DNA of 64,000 bases from Negaprion brevirostris (GCA_030324005.1 JARDVH010000084.1:92346450-92410449); one strand, 5' to 3'; positions 13,901-27,597 are shown, numbered from the stretch's first letter. Made by a program: numbers and translations. The notes: a model not told the origin generated them from the letters alone.

Positions 13901-15030
13901 GTTTCTTATCTCAGGTCCATCTTCATACTTTTCCTCTTCAACCTGAGGCAAACTATCGTTACTATCTGCAATGACACTTGTGTTTCCTTGACCATCTGCT
14001 GATCTCACTTTTGTACAATTGCTTTCGCTCGCAGTTTGACATGTATTGAAAACCAACAGTTGATATAAGAACTATCTGTCTGCCAATTCTGCTACCAGTC
14101 CCACCGTTTTAAGCGGTTACTCTGGAAGTGAATTTAAAAAAAACCTCAATAGCCATTTTCAAAGGAGCATCTCAGATTTGGTCTATTTTTTTGCTCTTAT
14201 CCACGAATCGCAAATAATTTTCTTGATCCATACAATTTTGTTTTGCTTCTTACCTGTCTCCTTCCTTATATTTCGATAACTTTGTGTACTTTGATGCATT
14301 TTCTCACGTTATTATGTTAGTTAGACAAGTTATCTGATGGAGAAATAACTAACTTTAGCAACTCAACTCATTTCATCTAGTAATATCTACAAGCTCTTTG
14401 GCCATTATAAATGTTTAATTCTTTCTCACATGAAGTGACCCGGGCTTTGACATCCTTCTCTTCAAAATCTGGAGGTTCTAGAATATTGCAAAGCACATCA
14501 CATCGGCCTCTTACTAAGATTTGTTAATAATTTGACATTACCTTCCTCAAATTCTACCTTTGTAATCACCACTGTAATTTTTTTTTTGCATATTGCGTTT
14601 CTAAAGTTCTGTTTTTCCCTCTCTCACATTACGCCGATTTATCCCTTCAAATCTAATTCAAGCCGCACATTTCCCTGTCTCCGTTATATAATTTGCAACT
14701 GAATTGCTATTATTTTCAACAATTCATCATGTTTATCTTCTGCATTTCGACGTTGAGGTTTGATATTCCTCTTCATTCTTTCGGGTAAAATTAAATTCTG
14801 ATAATTCCCCAAATCCAAAAGTTTTAATTCAACCACCCACTCCAAATGCCACACTTTGTATCAAGAAACACATCAGGAACTGAAACAGCGATCTCTTGCA
14901 AATTAATCCCTTTTGAAACTAGGTAAATACAGTGCCTGAATAAAAGCACCGGTTCGTGAGCACACAATGTAATTGAATTCATTAATCCCATGAAATAATT
15001 ACGCTGTTTAATCCAGATAATAATTCGCAC
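10990..15030 (-). mobile_element. Degraded Ty3/Gypsy internal region, Gmr1-type order gag-PR-IN-RT-(RH)
   Basis: gag PDFEEKDV (~14470); zinc-knuckle remnant CHCNTFGH (~13880); protease end GIQFTMRNSIA; integrase YRLPTEIQSNEG (~12590); RT DHRKVNTVTKSD..LEDCI and FDLLK (~11450-11570); CGVYID. Confidence 0.9.
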
Positions 15031-15034
15031 GTTT

Positions 15035-15660
15035 TATTACGAATCTGAGCCCAACCCAAGGTATTTTATGAAACAAGAGTCGAGACCAGCGTTTTTTTTA
15101 TAATTGGGATAACGGTGAGAATTGATCACTGTATTCCGCCGACAACTTAAGACTCAGTTATACAAATTAAAACATTACTTAATAAGACAGTTAAACCAAA
15201 ACTGAATAAAATAAATGTGTTCAATTGTTATCCATTTGATCTGAATTGAAGTATGGCAATAAATATCTCTTGCTTCTAACTGTTCCCAAAATGGCACATT
15301 CATCTTCCAGACTCGAAAAACACTATTAATATAGATAGCAACTGTAAATATATTGATATAAGTAGCTTAAACAGACTTGAAGCTTCAAAGGGATTTTGTC
15401 GAGTGGACTGTCTGCAGACATCCGTCTATAAGCAAAAATGAAACACAACTCATTGTCTGCGAAATACTCCGCTCATTCATGGATTCATAACAACAGATAA
15501 CTGCGTCTACATTCACATTCAGTGTGCTAATCAATTCCCACAGGGGCCGTTTTATTTTGCTTGGGAAAAGTACGTTATCGCTTAACTAATGATCACATTC
15601 AGTAATTAAATGTTTTCCCCGCAGTCACGCACACCCAGCTAAAATGTTCCAATATAATGG
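15035..15660 (-). mobile_element. Probable 5' LTR remnant of the Gypsy element
   Basis: Non-coding segment directly upstream of gag; termini degenerate and boundaries approximate. Confidence 0.45.
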
Positions 15661-15677
15661 AAATTCTAGAGTCTAGT

Positions 15678-15860
15678 CGGGTGGGACAGTGTCACAGTTG
15701 TTGACACTGCTGCCACACTGCACCAGGGACCCATGTTTAATTCAATGCCTGCGCGGAGTATGCATGTTCTCGCCCCCACCCCCGGCATCCCCCCACTCCC
15801 GTCTTCGTGGCGGTCCGGTGGTTCCCCTAGTGACTAGTTGCGTGCATTGTCCTTGCTAAA
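15678..15860 (+). mobile_element. V-SINE (HE1-like, tRNA-derived)
   Basis: cactgctgccacactgcaccagggacccatgtttaattc head; ggagtatgcatgttctc V-domain. Confidence 0.75.
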
Positions 15861-16869
15861 TTCTTTATTACTGTCTTCNNNNNNNNNNNNNNNNNNNNNN
15901 NNNNNNNNNNNNNNNNNNNNNNNNNNNNNNNNNNNNNNNNNNNNNNNNNNNNNNNNNNNNNNNNNNNNNNNNNNNNNNNNNNNNNNNNNNNNNNNNNNNN
16001 NNNNNNNNNNNNNNNNNNNNNNNNNNNNNNNNNNNNNNNNNNNNNNNNNNNNNNNNNNNNNNNNNNNNNNNNNNNNNNNNNNNNNNNNNNNNNNNNNNNN
16101 NNNNNNNNNNNNNNNNNNNNNNNNNNNNNNNNNNNNNNNNNNNNNNNNNNNNNNNNNNNNNNNNNNNNNNNNNNNNNNNNNNNNNNNNNNNNNNNNNNNN
16201 NNNNNNNNNNNNNNNNNNNNNNNNNNNNNNNNNNNNNNNNNNNNNNNNNNNNNNNNNNNNNNNNNNNNTGGGGATGGTTAAGTGTTGATGGCAACGACGC
16301 ATTTGCTTAAATAAATATGACATTTTATTGCTTAATGTATCCAGAGAAATTTCGAACCAGTGTGGGGTAAGGTTCGTATATATTTCACTTGTTGGACCCT
16401 GTGACGCACCCTGTTTTTTTAAAATTTCCATCTCATCTTAGTACACTTTGTCATCAGTTCCTCGGTGTAGATGCCTAGACAATGTCATTCCAGCTCCATC
16501 CGAAATGGCAAACGCTGTATCGTAATATAAGAGTTATGGAAGGTCAGTTTTGAATGCATACGTCCGTAAATTATTAATTTCTTTTCAGAACTGAAGCAGT
16601 CCAGGTCGCCATCAGCAAAAAAAATACTGGACAACATTGAATCATCGGATCAGAAGCAATTAAAAATGCTGCCACACAACTTCGATTACGATGATATTCA
16701 TTGAGACAGAATTGAACAATGAGCATTGAGAATTGTCAAAGTCACGAATAATTGAGCAGGGGACGGAGGAGATGGGAACTGGGTTAAAAAAAAAACAGAA
16801 AAAATTGAAGACAACTTCGGACATCATGAGCATAAAGGGCAAAAAAAAAACATGCCACCGGCAAAGTCA

Positions 16870-18860
16870 TCAGTGTAATGAAAAGTGCTAGTGTTCTGCA
16901 TCTTAATGCACATAGTGATAAACAAATAACTCACGATACAAATCGGTAGAAGTGATATTGTCTGACGGCCATTACTGAGGAATGTTAGCAAGATAATCCA
17001 ATTTTTGAGATCAAAATTCAGAGTTATTTGACTTCTTGGAAGGACAGACGGGATGGAAGCAGCTCTGCAATAGGTCTGATATCAAAAGAGCCAGTTAGTG
17101 CTGTTCTGACGAGCGATCAAAGTTCAACGAATGTGGTGTCCAGTTGGGTGGAAGTGAAAGAAATAAATGATTTAGAAATAATGGTATAGTTAGTGCATGT
17201 CTCCTGAGAAGTAATCAAAATGCCTTAAAGTGTTAACATGGAGAAATGCAAAAATATGTTCAAAGAGCTCTACCTTAATTATGATATCTTAAATTTTCGT
17301 GTAGATTTAGCTAACTAAATTAATTTAACATGATAGTCAATCTGATTACTTAATACAGCACATTCACGATGGATTCTTCCAGCAACATATTATGGAGTTA
17401 TGTAGCTATCAGGTGAAGTTTAATCTGGCAATGCACAATGAGGAAGCTAAAACAAGTTTCGCTGCGATTAAATATTGTTTCGGAACTACTATAAACAATA
17501 TTACGTCACTTAACATTCAGATAAATTATTGAGAAATTGAGACTACAGCGTGCATGATAATTTAAAGATGAATTGCAAAGATATGGGAATGCAATTTGCC
17601 AAAGTGGTCAGTTCATATAGATCAGGAGGTAAGGCAGTCGATGAGAGCAATTCAGTGTGGCATTTCATGAATCCAGCCCAAAAAAAACAATAAGGGGGAA
17701 AGAATATAGAAAGCGAAGCAACCAATAATGAATCAACAATGAATTCAACGCGGGTATTTAGACACATAAAAAAATATAAACTGTTATAGAAATTGGTAGG
17801 GCAGAAAAGTGCGATAGATACAGAATACAACAAATGCGGACTAAAGATACCGTGACAGAGAAAATACATTACGGACAAATCTTATGCTACAAAGGGAAAC
17901 TGGAAAACAAAGTTTTTTTTTTAAAGTAATGTAAAAGGGAAGGAGACATAACTCTGAGAATCACAAGAATAGCAGAGGAGTTCAAAATGTATTTTGATTC
18001 GAAAATACTGCAAGCATCGCATATATATATATTTTTTTTAAGTAGGCAATTACAAATAGTCAAATTCACCATAAAAAATGAGGGCAGCGACTTATGGAGG
18101 CAATGTGTGAACCAGTGTTCGGACGGCAATTTCTCACAACAGTAGGAGTGAAAGCAAGTTGTAATGAAGTTCTAAACAACTTACAACGAGATGTTGATAA
18201 GTTAAGTCAATAGACAAAAAAAATGTCATATGGCACTCTATACGGGAACATTTGAGATTGTTAATTTTGGAAGGCAGAACAAGGTGGCAGGTATTGTATT
18301 AATTGAGAGAGACAACAGAATGTTTTAATGAAAAAAAAACAAAACAGTCGTGGCTCTTTGTTCTTGAAAAGTATTGTTAGCATACAGGTGCGTGTCTTAA
18401 TAGGTAAGACGAATGGAATGCTGACTTTAATTTGAAAGTGGCAGGAGAATGAACGTTACAAACATGGTTTGTTGCAAATATATAACATATTAATGTTGCC
18501 ACATTTATAAACCTGAACCATGATTTCGTCCCTTATTTAAGGAAATACAAATTACCAGTTGGGGCGCCAAAAGGAACAAAAAAAGCTGGGAAATTTCAGC
18601 AGGTCTGGCAGTGTCTGCAGGAAGAGAAAAGAGCTGACGATTCGAGTCCAGATGACCCTTTNNNNNNNNNNCTGTTTTGGTTTCTCTTTCTTTTACTTTC
18701 AGATTTCAGCATCCACAGTAGTTTTCACCAATTCGGGCAGTACAAAATTCTAAACTGGTATATGAAAATTGCTCACGAGAAAACTTTAAACAAGTTTCTG
18801 TCTTCACTCCTGGAGCATCACATGTTTGAGAGGTGATATAGTTGAAACAAATAAAATTCA
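16870..18860 (+). mobile_element. Highly degraded CR1 ORF2 (endonuclease to C-terminus, internally deleted)
   Basis: LHLNAHS..AITE endonuclease start; later QRDVDKLSQ and NGMLT remnants. Confidence 0.7.
18565..18725. repeat. Penelope-type palindromic short repeat inserted in a CR1
   Basis: cagcaggtctggcagtgtctg..gagtccagatgaccc..cagatttcagcatccacagta. Confidence 0.65.
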
Positions 18861-19609
18861 TGACGTTTGCTTGTTGATGACCTTACAAGCCACTGAATAG
18901 GGAAGCGAGGATGGAATCTTCCATGAATAATGTATCCAGAAGATGACCCACTCACCACGCCAACATATTCACTACACCGCTATTCTTAACCCCTTGTCAC
19001 CAATCGCCTGCGCTGCTTCCATGATACTCAATTGGTGTTCAAAGAAAAAAAAAATGTCGTTCGATTTGTCCATTTTCATGGTTGAATTAAATTGCTGACG
19101 TTCGGTATTTCCAGGTCAGAACCTCGAACCATTTGTGTGTTGTACTGAATGGCTTCTGTTAATATTGATTCCTCCTATCTATTCATAACTCTTCTTCGCA
19201 TGTTTTTGTTTCTTTTCCCTAAAACGTATTTTTTTCTTGAAACATCCTCATTTTATGTAACTGTGCCCAGTCTTTTAAATGAGCAAGCAAGTATGCGAGA
19301 AAAGTTGCATGTGCCACCCTGACTTTCCACAAATCATTTGATAATGTGCTTCATTAAAGATTAAAACAAATAATGATTTCTTTTTCAAGTGAAAGACAAT
19401 GTGGGGCGTACGGAATTCATGCTAGCATATTGACATTGATTCGTGATCGACTGGCTAACGGGATCTAGGAAGCTGTCATAAACGGGTAATTTTCTAATTG
19501 ATAGGAAGAGACGAATGGTGTGCCGCAGGTATCAGCGCAGGATGTCAAGCTTTTACAATTTATAAGCATAATGAGTAAACATAATGTAACTGCTGAAATT
19601 TCATAAACT

Positions 19610-20470
19610 CATAAGATACAGGGGCAGAATTTGGCCATTGGGCCATCGAGTCTGTTCTGCCATTCGATCATCTGTGTTAAGCTCCGCATCCCCATTTCCT
19701 TTAACACATTAGCAATTAAAAATCTGTCTAACTTCTCTTGAAAGTTAGACACTGCCACAGCACCATTCGCATCTTGGGATAACAAATTCCACAGATTCAC
19801 AACCCTTTGTGAGAAGTCGTTTCTCCTCAACTCTGTTTTAAATTTGATACCCCTTGTCCGAGCATTATGACTTCGAGTCGTCCAAGAGAAAGCATCCATT
19901 CCACCTCTAATTATCCATACATGTTATCATCTAATACACCTCAATTCTATCTCCCTGATTCTTCTCAATTTCAGACAGTTTCGCATTAAACTGTTCAATC
20001 TCTCTTCATACCACAAACCCCTAATCTCTGGGTTGAATTTGCGGAAAGCCTTCTGAACCGCCTCCCACGCCACGACATTTTTCCTCAAATACTGGGACAA
20101 AACTATGCACCATACACGAGGTGATGTTTCACTGATACCTTGGACGGTGGTAACCGTGCATCCTTTCCTTTATATTATACTCCTTTGGCAATGCATGCGA
20201 AAATTCTACCCACATTCCTTATTATCTTCTATACCGGCACGATAGTTTACTGTGACGCATGAAAAGAACGCAGAGATCCCTCTGCACCGAACCTCCCAGA
20301 CTTCTCTCTGAATTTAGATAATTCGTCAACTTCCCATTTTTCCAAGCAAAATGCATACCTCATTATTATCTATGCTGAATTCCATCTGCCATCGTTTGGC
20401 CCACTCTCCTAACCTATCTATATCCTCTTGAAAGATTCTTACTAACTCATTTCAAACTACTGACCCGCCC
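19610..20470 (-). mobile_element. CR1 3' portion
   Basis: ORF 19609-19899 FKTELRRNDFSQRVVNLWNLL..KLDRFL. Confidence 0.9.
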
Positions 20471-20479
20471 CAGTTTGGC

Positions 20480-20780
20480 AACACAAATACAGTTAGTGAA
20501 ATTATGACTGTATCTTTGGTCCAAGGACACAGTGTTATGCTCAAAGGACAAATGTCCAAATCCTATTTTACAGGTAACAGAATTTCAATTCAATATTAAT
20601 CTGCATTTAAAAAGACTAATGTTGACCAGGAAACACTGACAAAAAAAAACTAATTCAGTAATGTCCTTTAGGGAAGGAACTTTGTGACTTTGTCAATTCC
20701 AGCTTACACGCGACTCCTGGCACTCGGCAATGAAGTCGAATCTTAATTGCCTATTGAATGGCCGAACAAGCCTTTGGACC
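20480..20780 (+). mobile_element. tRNA-derived SINE (degraded)
   Basis: Core taatgtcctttagggaaggaa..cgtgactcc-like..cttaattgcc, recognised as a common shark SINE. Confidence 0.6.
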
Positions 20781-20789
20781 TCAATCAGG

Positions 20790-22630
20790 CCGTGCTCAGG
20801 ACTATCCGACCAACATATCACCAATATGTCTCCTGTTTCACCAGAGGCACAGATATCCCGGACTTCTGCTACACAAACGTGAAGCATTCCTACCGTTCTA
20901 TTGCCCATTCAGGCATTGGCAAATCAGACCACAGGGTTGTGCTGCTGCTTCCGACTTGAAAACAACAACTAAACCGAGAGGATCCGTCAAAAAAAAAATG
21001 ATGTTGGTCTGCGGAATCGGATAGCATCCTGCTTAGTATGAGCAGATTGGTCACCTTTTAAATGCACTGCGACCAGCATGAACGGGAATGCCATGCGCGA
21101 AACTCCCTTTCGTAGCAAGTGTGTAGAAGCAAATCCGTGTATTTCCCAATCAGAAACTATGGGTGAACGTGGTTATCCTCTGATTGCTGAAGTCCACGTC
21201 TGAAACGTTCGAGTCTGGCGACGCTGTGTTTTACAAAAAGAAAGTCACATGAAAGCTAAGGAGATACATTACATACGTCAAAAAACGCAGCGGGACCAAA
21301 TGCGAGTCCGAAGCTAGTCACAGGGGCCCCCGATGACTATGGAAAAGACTGAAAAATATAACGGACTACAAATATATAAAGTCGCCGGAACCTGGTGAGC
21401 TTAATGCATTCAATATCCGTTTTGTGCAAGAGGTCACCGAGAGCACGCGTTTCACCCTGGAATCCCTGGGTGAACTGTTACTCGAGGTCACCGTTTGCAG
21501 ATGGCAGGGCGTACCGCTCGAAGTCCACACCAGGAAAAGTGACTGACCCGGCTAGGATATCAGGACGTACGCTGTACGGAGCAACTGGCCGGGTATCTGA
21601 GAGATGTTCAACCTCTCTTTACAACAATCTGAGGTCCATGTTTGCTTTAAGAAGATAATCATCATTCAGGCACTAAAGAAAAGCAGAATGTCTCAGTGAA
21701 TATCGGCGGGTGACTCTGACGTGAATCATTATGAAGTGTTTGAAAAATTAGTCATGGTGCGATCCACTTTCACTCTTCCCAGCAAATTGCCTGGATCCAC
21801 GACAGTTCGCCTGGTCACGCAAAAAGGCCACAAGTGACGCAATTTCCTGGCCCTGCCATCAACCCAGGAACATCGAGATAACAAAGACGTATTTCAAACT
21901 CTCTCCCACTTATTGAATACAGCTCAGTCCTCAACATGATTATTCGGACCAAACTCATCTCCAAACCCGTGGCCCTGGGATCGGCACCTTTGAACACAAT
22001 AGCTATTCTTCACTGTCAATAAAGAGAATGAGATAATTATTGACTTCTGGAAGCATAGTGGATGGCATACCCCTGCCTCTATCAATGGGACGAAGGAGAA
22101 ACAGTCAAAAACTTCAGGCCTTTAAGTGTCGAGGTCACCAACAATGCATCCTGATCCCTCTATGTGGATGGTATAGTTAAGAAAGTCCATCTCTGTATTT
22201 TCTCAGAGGGCGAGGGAATTTGGCCTGGCTGTTACCAAAGCTCCAAAATAGATTTTTTTTTTCTATCACAGTTTGGTATGGCTCTTGTTCGTCCCAACCT
22301 CGCAAGAAAGCACAACCTTCGTACAGAGAAGTCCGTCACTTAAAACCAACCTCCCAATCATTGCCCCTGCCCACATTTCACGTTGTATCAGAAAAAAAAC
22401 ACCCAGCATAGTTAAGGGCCCCACACACCACGGGTGTAATTGATTCTCCTTAGTCCGTCTAACTGAAACATAAAATTCTGAAGACATGTAACATCCAAGT
22501 CAAGGGTAGCTTCTTCCCTTATGCAATCCGAAATTGAGTGGACCTCGGTTGATTTTTCTCTGCACCCTAGCTATGAGTATAACATTCCATTCCTTCGTTC
22601 TCTACGAATCGTGTTCTTCGTCTGTATAGT
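20790..22630 (+). mobile_element. Rex1/Babar-clade LINE, degraded, with an internal RT deletion
   Basis: Endonuclease end YHQYVSCFTRG..DFCYT..GKSDH..LLLP; RVFPNQKLWVN; LDPRQFA; 3' end KGSFFPYAIR. Confidence 0.85.
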
Positions 22631-22635
22631 GCGCC

Positions 22636-22713
22636 AGATGTGGAGGTGCCGGCGTTGGACTGGGGTAAACACAGTAAAAAGTCTGACAACACCAGGTTTT
22701 AGTCCAACCGATT
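22636..22713. mobile_element. Penelope-like element terminus running into an assembly gap
   Basis: gccggcgttggactggggtaaacacagtaa..acaacaccaggtt..agtccaac. Confidence 0.6.
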
Positions 22714-24099
22714 NNNNNNNNNNNNNNNNNNNNNNNNNNNNNNNNNNNNNNNNNNNNNNNNNNNNNNNNNNNNNNNNNNNNNNNNNNNNNNNNNNNNNNN
22801 NNNNNNNNNNNNNNNNNNNNNNNNNNNNNNNNNNNNNNNNNNNNNNNNNNNNNNNNNNNNNNNNNNNNNNNNNNNNNNNNNNNNNNNNNNNNNNNNNNNN
22901 NNNNNNNNNNNNNNNNNNNNNNNNNNNNNNNNNNNNNNNNNNNNNNNNNNNNNNNNNNNNNNNNNNNNNNNNNNNNNNNNNNNNNNNNNNNNNNNNNNNN
23001 NNNNNNNNNNNNNNNNNNNNNNNNNNNNNNNNNNNNNNNNNNNNNNNNNNNNNNNNNNNNNNNNNNNNNNNNNNNNNNNNNNNNNNNNNNNNNNNNNNNN
23101 NNNNNNNNNNNNNNNNNNNNNNNNNNNNNNNNNNNNNNNNNNNNNNNNNNNNNNNNNNNNNNNNNNNNNNNNNNNNNNNNNNNNNNNNNNNNNNNNNNNN
23201 NNNNNNNNNNNNNNNNNNNNNNNNNNNNNNNNNNNNNNNNNNNNNNNNNNNNNNNNNNNNNNNNNNNNNNNNNNNNNNNNNNNNNNNNNNNNNNNNNNNN
23301 NNNNNNNNNNNNNNNNNNNNNNNNNNNNNAAAAATGCTTTTAAATGATTTAAACAGTTCTACAAGGTAAGTTCTTACTACGAAAGTGCTTTAAACTTATT
23401 TAAACAAGTTTCTAACAGGTAATTTCTTGTCTGTCTCTCTGCTCCTTCACTCGTCTGCTCCAGCAAACAATGGAAGGCTTCACTGTGTGAGCACCTGATA
23501 ATTCGTGTAGGCAGAAATGCATGAGTGTGAGGATGAAGATTCAATCAGATCAGCCATTATATCATTTAAGAGTGGTGTAGACCCAGCCGGCAGAATGCTG
23601 GCTCTCAATCCTAATTCATATGCTCGTATGTTGGCAAAATAGTTCTCGACGGACAGGAGCAGAAACATATTGCGGTGCGCAAAGGGCTGATATCTACGTA
23701 CTTTAGCAAAAGCGGAGTCACAGAAAATCCTGCCTTTGAAGTTGGGTTTACGTTAATTAAAGTAAAAACAAAACCTTGTGCATTACGTAGTTTGAACTCA
23801 TAATTCGTAAAGTATTGTCCAATGGTTAGTATTGTACTATCTTACTTACTGCTCATTTGAAGAAGCTTTTTGCACTCTAATGAGAAGAAAAATCTTGCAT
23901 GAGAAAATGTCACGATAAGCAATTAAAGACGATTTGAAGGATCCAGCGTTTAAGTTATAATGCCTAGCTGATAATAAATAAAAACGTGATACGAGCAAAT
24001 TTTTTAATTAACCAAAATTAAATATGCTCAGGCATCATTATTTTAAGTGATTATATATTTCGAAATTTGCATAATTTGCAAAGTGCTTCTGAAGAATGC

Positions 24100-25859
24100 G
24101 AAGTGTCTCTGCGCTTTTGTGAAGGAACAGCATGCAATTGCATATTCCATCCAGATGATATCCTTAACCAGATGATCATAATGTGCAACTTGTGTTAAAT
24201 TTCTTAAGATTCCTGAAGATTCTTCCATCCGGAGTTTTTTTTTTGACTTATGAACAGAAATCAAATAAATGTTAACTCAGGGGGGAAATAGCAATTAAGT
24301 CTTAATGGGTATTTGAATCTCAACACGAATGCTGTGAGTAACATAGTTTTTGTGGAAAATTGGCTGATAGTACTTGGCAGGAAATTGGAGTAGTAATCAT
24401 AATTTAACCGAATTGCAGACCAGTTTTGAAGGTCATATGTAATTAAAGTGCTGCAATTTGTTGAGATCTAAGTCTTAAAAGATATTCTGCATGGAAGGAT
24501 TTTTTTTTTTGTATTACGTCCTCAGGAATGGATTAGTAATATAGAAGGGGGAGGTAAAATGCACTTCTTCCGGAGTTGTCTTTCTGATCCTAAGGCAAAT
24601 CGGCAGTGTTTCAAATTCCACCAGCAGCCATCAAGGCAAAAGATCGTGAAATTTAGCATCAATCCCAACGTGATATCATTACATATTCGTTGATACAAAT
24701 TTCATGCAGAGTTCCTGCCACGCCGGCTCCGTGAGTGTCCTACCGCTCCTTCTAATGTTTGTGACGATATGTGTAGTGTACGTATGTTCGTCCTGTAGTT
24801 TCGTATTTGCATGGTGATTGTCGAGACTCCAATTTATTTTCATCACAACGCTCATCAGAAATATTTCCTGCTTTACCATGCGTACTGGTGTTGCTGAAGT
24901 GTTTATATGTTAGCAGTTAATCTGTGTTACCGCATTGTTACCATCAAATCAATGGGATTTAGATCAGGAGTTCCAGGCCTAAAGGTTATCAGAGCAAAGC
25001 TGCAATAGAAGACTTCCACAGCAAATACGCGAATGGCCCTTTTCAGTTAGTTTGCGAAGGAAACACGAAATTTGACCAGTAAGTAAGGATGAACATAAAG
25101 TCAAAAAAAAAACGACAATAATTGGGTGGCACGTGAGTTTCCATTGGAACCTAATTCGGCTACAGAATCAGCGGACAGAGTTGAAATTAAAGGGCCGACT
25201 AAAATTACCTCTATCTTGGTCAAAAAAAAATGAATATTAAAGTAACATGGCGCCATTTAGGAATGAGTGCACAGCCTATCTGGCAACGACAGGGCAATCT
25301 GTTCTTATTAATTGTGCGAGAAAGTTTACATGGTGTAATTCTAAACAAAAGTTGAACTGATAACAAGAAATAACTCAAAATCAATATGGATTCGATAACA
25401 GGAAATTATGTGTGAATTGCTTCATTGATATCCCTTTTGGTTGTTTAACAATGATTTGACGTGGTATTCGGTTACTTTCCCCAGTTAAATCAGCACGTTT
25501 CGATGTCATCCAAAATATGCCAATGCCTAAAGTTGATAACGAAAGTGTGGGACCATGTTTCATTTCTGGATGTGTATTCGTATCTCGCTTGACTCTCCTG
25601 GAATCGACGAGTATGTAGCATGCCCACCGTCACCCTTCCAGAATTAACGGCAGAGAGCTGAAGGAGGGAGCCTACAGTGTAAACCGGCGTTGCTGAAACT
25701 GCACCTACATCTGTATTGAGATCGATTGTGTGTAGTTTATCTATCCTGCGATAAATCACCGCTGTGATTAGTCGCTGTCTCGACGTGAAACTTCGTCCTT
25801 CAGTAAAGAGTATTCAAGGACATGCGGAACATGTCTATAATGGGGTTTCAATCATGCAG
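24100..25859 (-). pseudogene. Ferlin exons: C2F (25476-25859; 24931-24999; ~24100-24246)
   Basis: IDMFRMS vs VDMFPMD; FNW just before a GTAACC donor, as in GNFNWR|; FALITF..LMVTMR| vs FIFPF..CTIAKK|; LTQVAHYDHL vs LTLQIWDADHF. Confidence 0.65.
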
Positions 25860-25966
25860 CTGAAATTATGGCATTATTATAAAATTCTCCGTTTAATTAT
25901 GGTATATTATAATTTTTATCTACGTCATCAACCCTTATGCCTGACATGAATACATGGACATACGTA

Positions 25967-27597
25967 CCTATGAATTCTTCTTGCTGTGTGCCTGCGACTG
26001 GAACGTAAGAAAATCATGAGAAAAATAAACACAAAAAAAAAAATGGAGAACATTTTTCCCCTGGATCAATGTAACTATCTGAAAAATGTAAGCAAAAAGA
26101 TGTTCCCTACAGCAATTCGTAAACACGTCAGTCCAACAATAATGCCTTTAGAATAGTGAATATCACGAAGTCAACAACATCTCCTTGGCAACCTTTTTGG
26201 TGCTCTTCCACGCAAGTTAACATTCCCATAATAGTAATTCATACATCGTATTCTTTGAAAATACGTTTCTTAAACCCATAATGAAACTGGAAAATCTGCC
26301 ACTTACTTGTAACTTGTTCTTTGGATAGTTTTTCTGTAGATATAAGACAAAATCAGAAGTTTGTCGAGAACAATGTGACAACAGAACATTAACCTGTACT
26401 GACGAGTTTACCAATTTTTAGTGACACCCTTATTCACGATGTTTTCAGAATGAACATTGTGCATAAGGTTGGTTGCCAAGGAAAACAATACTACTTGGAA
26501 AGATTACATAAATTGCCTTCATTCAAACCATCAAACACATTTCTTCTTAAAATATTGCCAGTAAGATTAGTGCAGCTCTGCGTATTGATGTTCATTAAAG
26601 CGGCAACATATTTTTTGTTCAGGCAGCAAACACGCAAATTGACTGTTCGCTAATGTAACTTGCTAATGCAGATAAGTGAAGGTTTCCTAGAGTTAAGCCG
26701 TATACCGCAGATAAATGTTCAAGGCGAACTAAGCAAGTTAATGGTGGAAAATAAAAAAAGAAAAATCAAGATAAATTTCAGAAAAAAAGTATATATTTTT
26801 CAGATAACAAATCTCACCAGCGTCCGACAATTTTGTTTTCAGGTTCATAATTTCTTAAAAACAAAGTCAGTATGCATATCACATGTTAGGAACTGTCAAG
26901 GAGGTTTGCGTGTTCTGACATGAAAACAACAAAATAAAAGAAAATGTCAGCAGGTCTGACAGCATTTGTGGAGAGTGAGGCTGTGTCAATATTTCATGAT
27001 TCATATTTTATAGGGCGTATCGGAAGTCGTTAAATAAGAACACAATGTGTTAAATCTATTTTTGTCTCAACAGATGCTACCAAACCTGCTAACGTTTTAC
27101 AATACTTTCTGTTTTAAACAAAGAGAAAAGTTGTGCCGCTGTTCAATTATTTTGAGATACATTAATCTTGTAGTGGTCGTTATAAAACTTTCATGAAATG
27201 TTCATTCATTTGAAGAGTCCACACTTCCACTTGGAAATAATCATTTTATTAATTTATAGAAAAAAACATATTCGGAATAAAACGTCAATCTGTTGTTTTT
27301 CAACATAACATTATTCTGAACGAAAATAAAATGGAGTTCATCAACTTTGCTGCTTACATTATTCTTCACTTATTCTAGAAAGCAAACATTTAACACCAAC
27401 AAAATACGCATATCATGGCTTGTTGCAAACCGATTTTGAATTTTGTGGCATAATCAATGCAACAGTTCAATTATGAATGCAAAAATTGAAATGTGGCATA
27501 TATTTCACATTTAATGCAACTTAATAACCGTCCATGTCCTAAATTTACTTTTTGATGTTTTGAGCAGGTGTAAAAGAACATGTTCATGTTCCAGTTT
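25967..27597 (-). pseudogene. Ferlin exon cluster: C-terminal C2E and C2E-C2F linker, including a 27-nt micro-exon at 26307-26333
   Basis: CEIYATF vs FDIEASF; QIDV vs KIDL; RKPSLI vs MKPSQI; VEEH..RH..WTDV vs EH..RHWEDI; AGTQQ vs PGIEQ; several canonical splice sites. Confidence 0.6.
26920..27115. repeat. Penelope-type imperfect inverted repeat (hairpin)
   Basis: Arm agcaggtctgacagcatttgtggaga pairs with tctcaacagatgctaccaaacctgct. Confidence 0.7.

Noticed and set aside
22521-23369. Long ORFs in the track (282 aa here; also 15827-16431)
   Set aside because: Artefacts of translation through N gaps.
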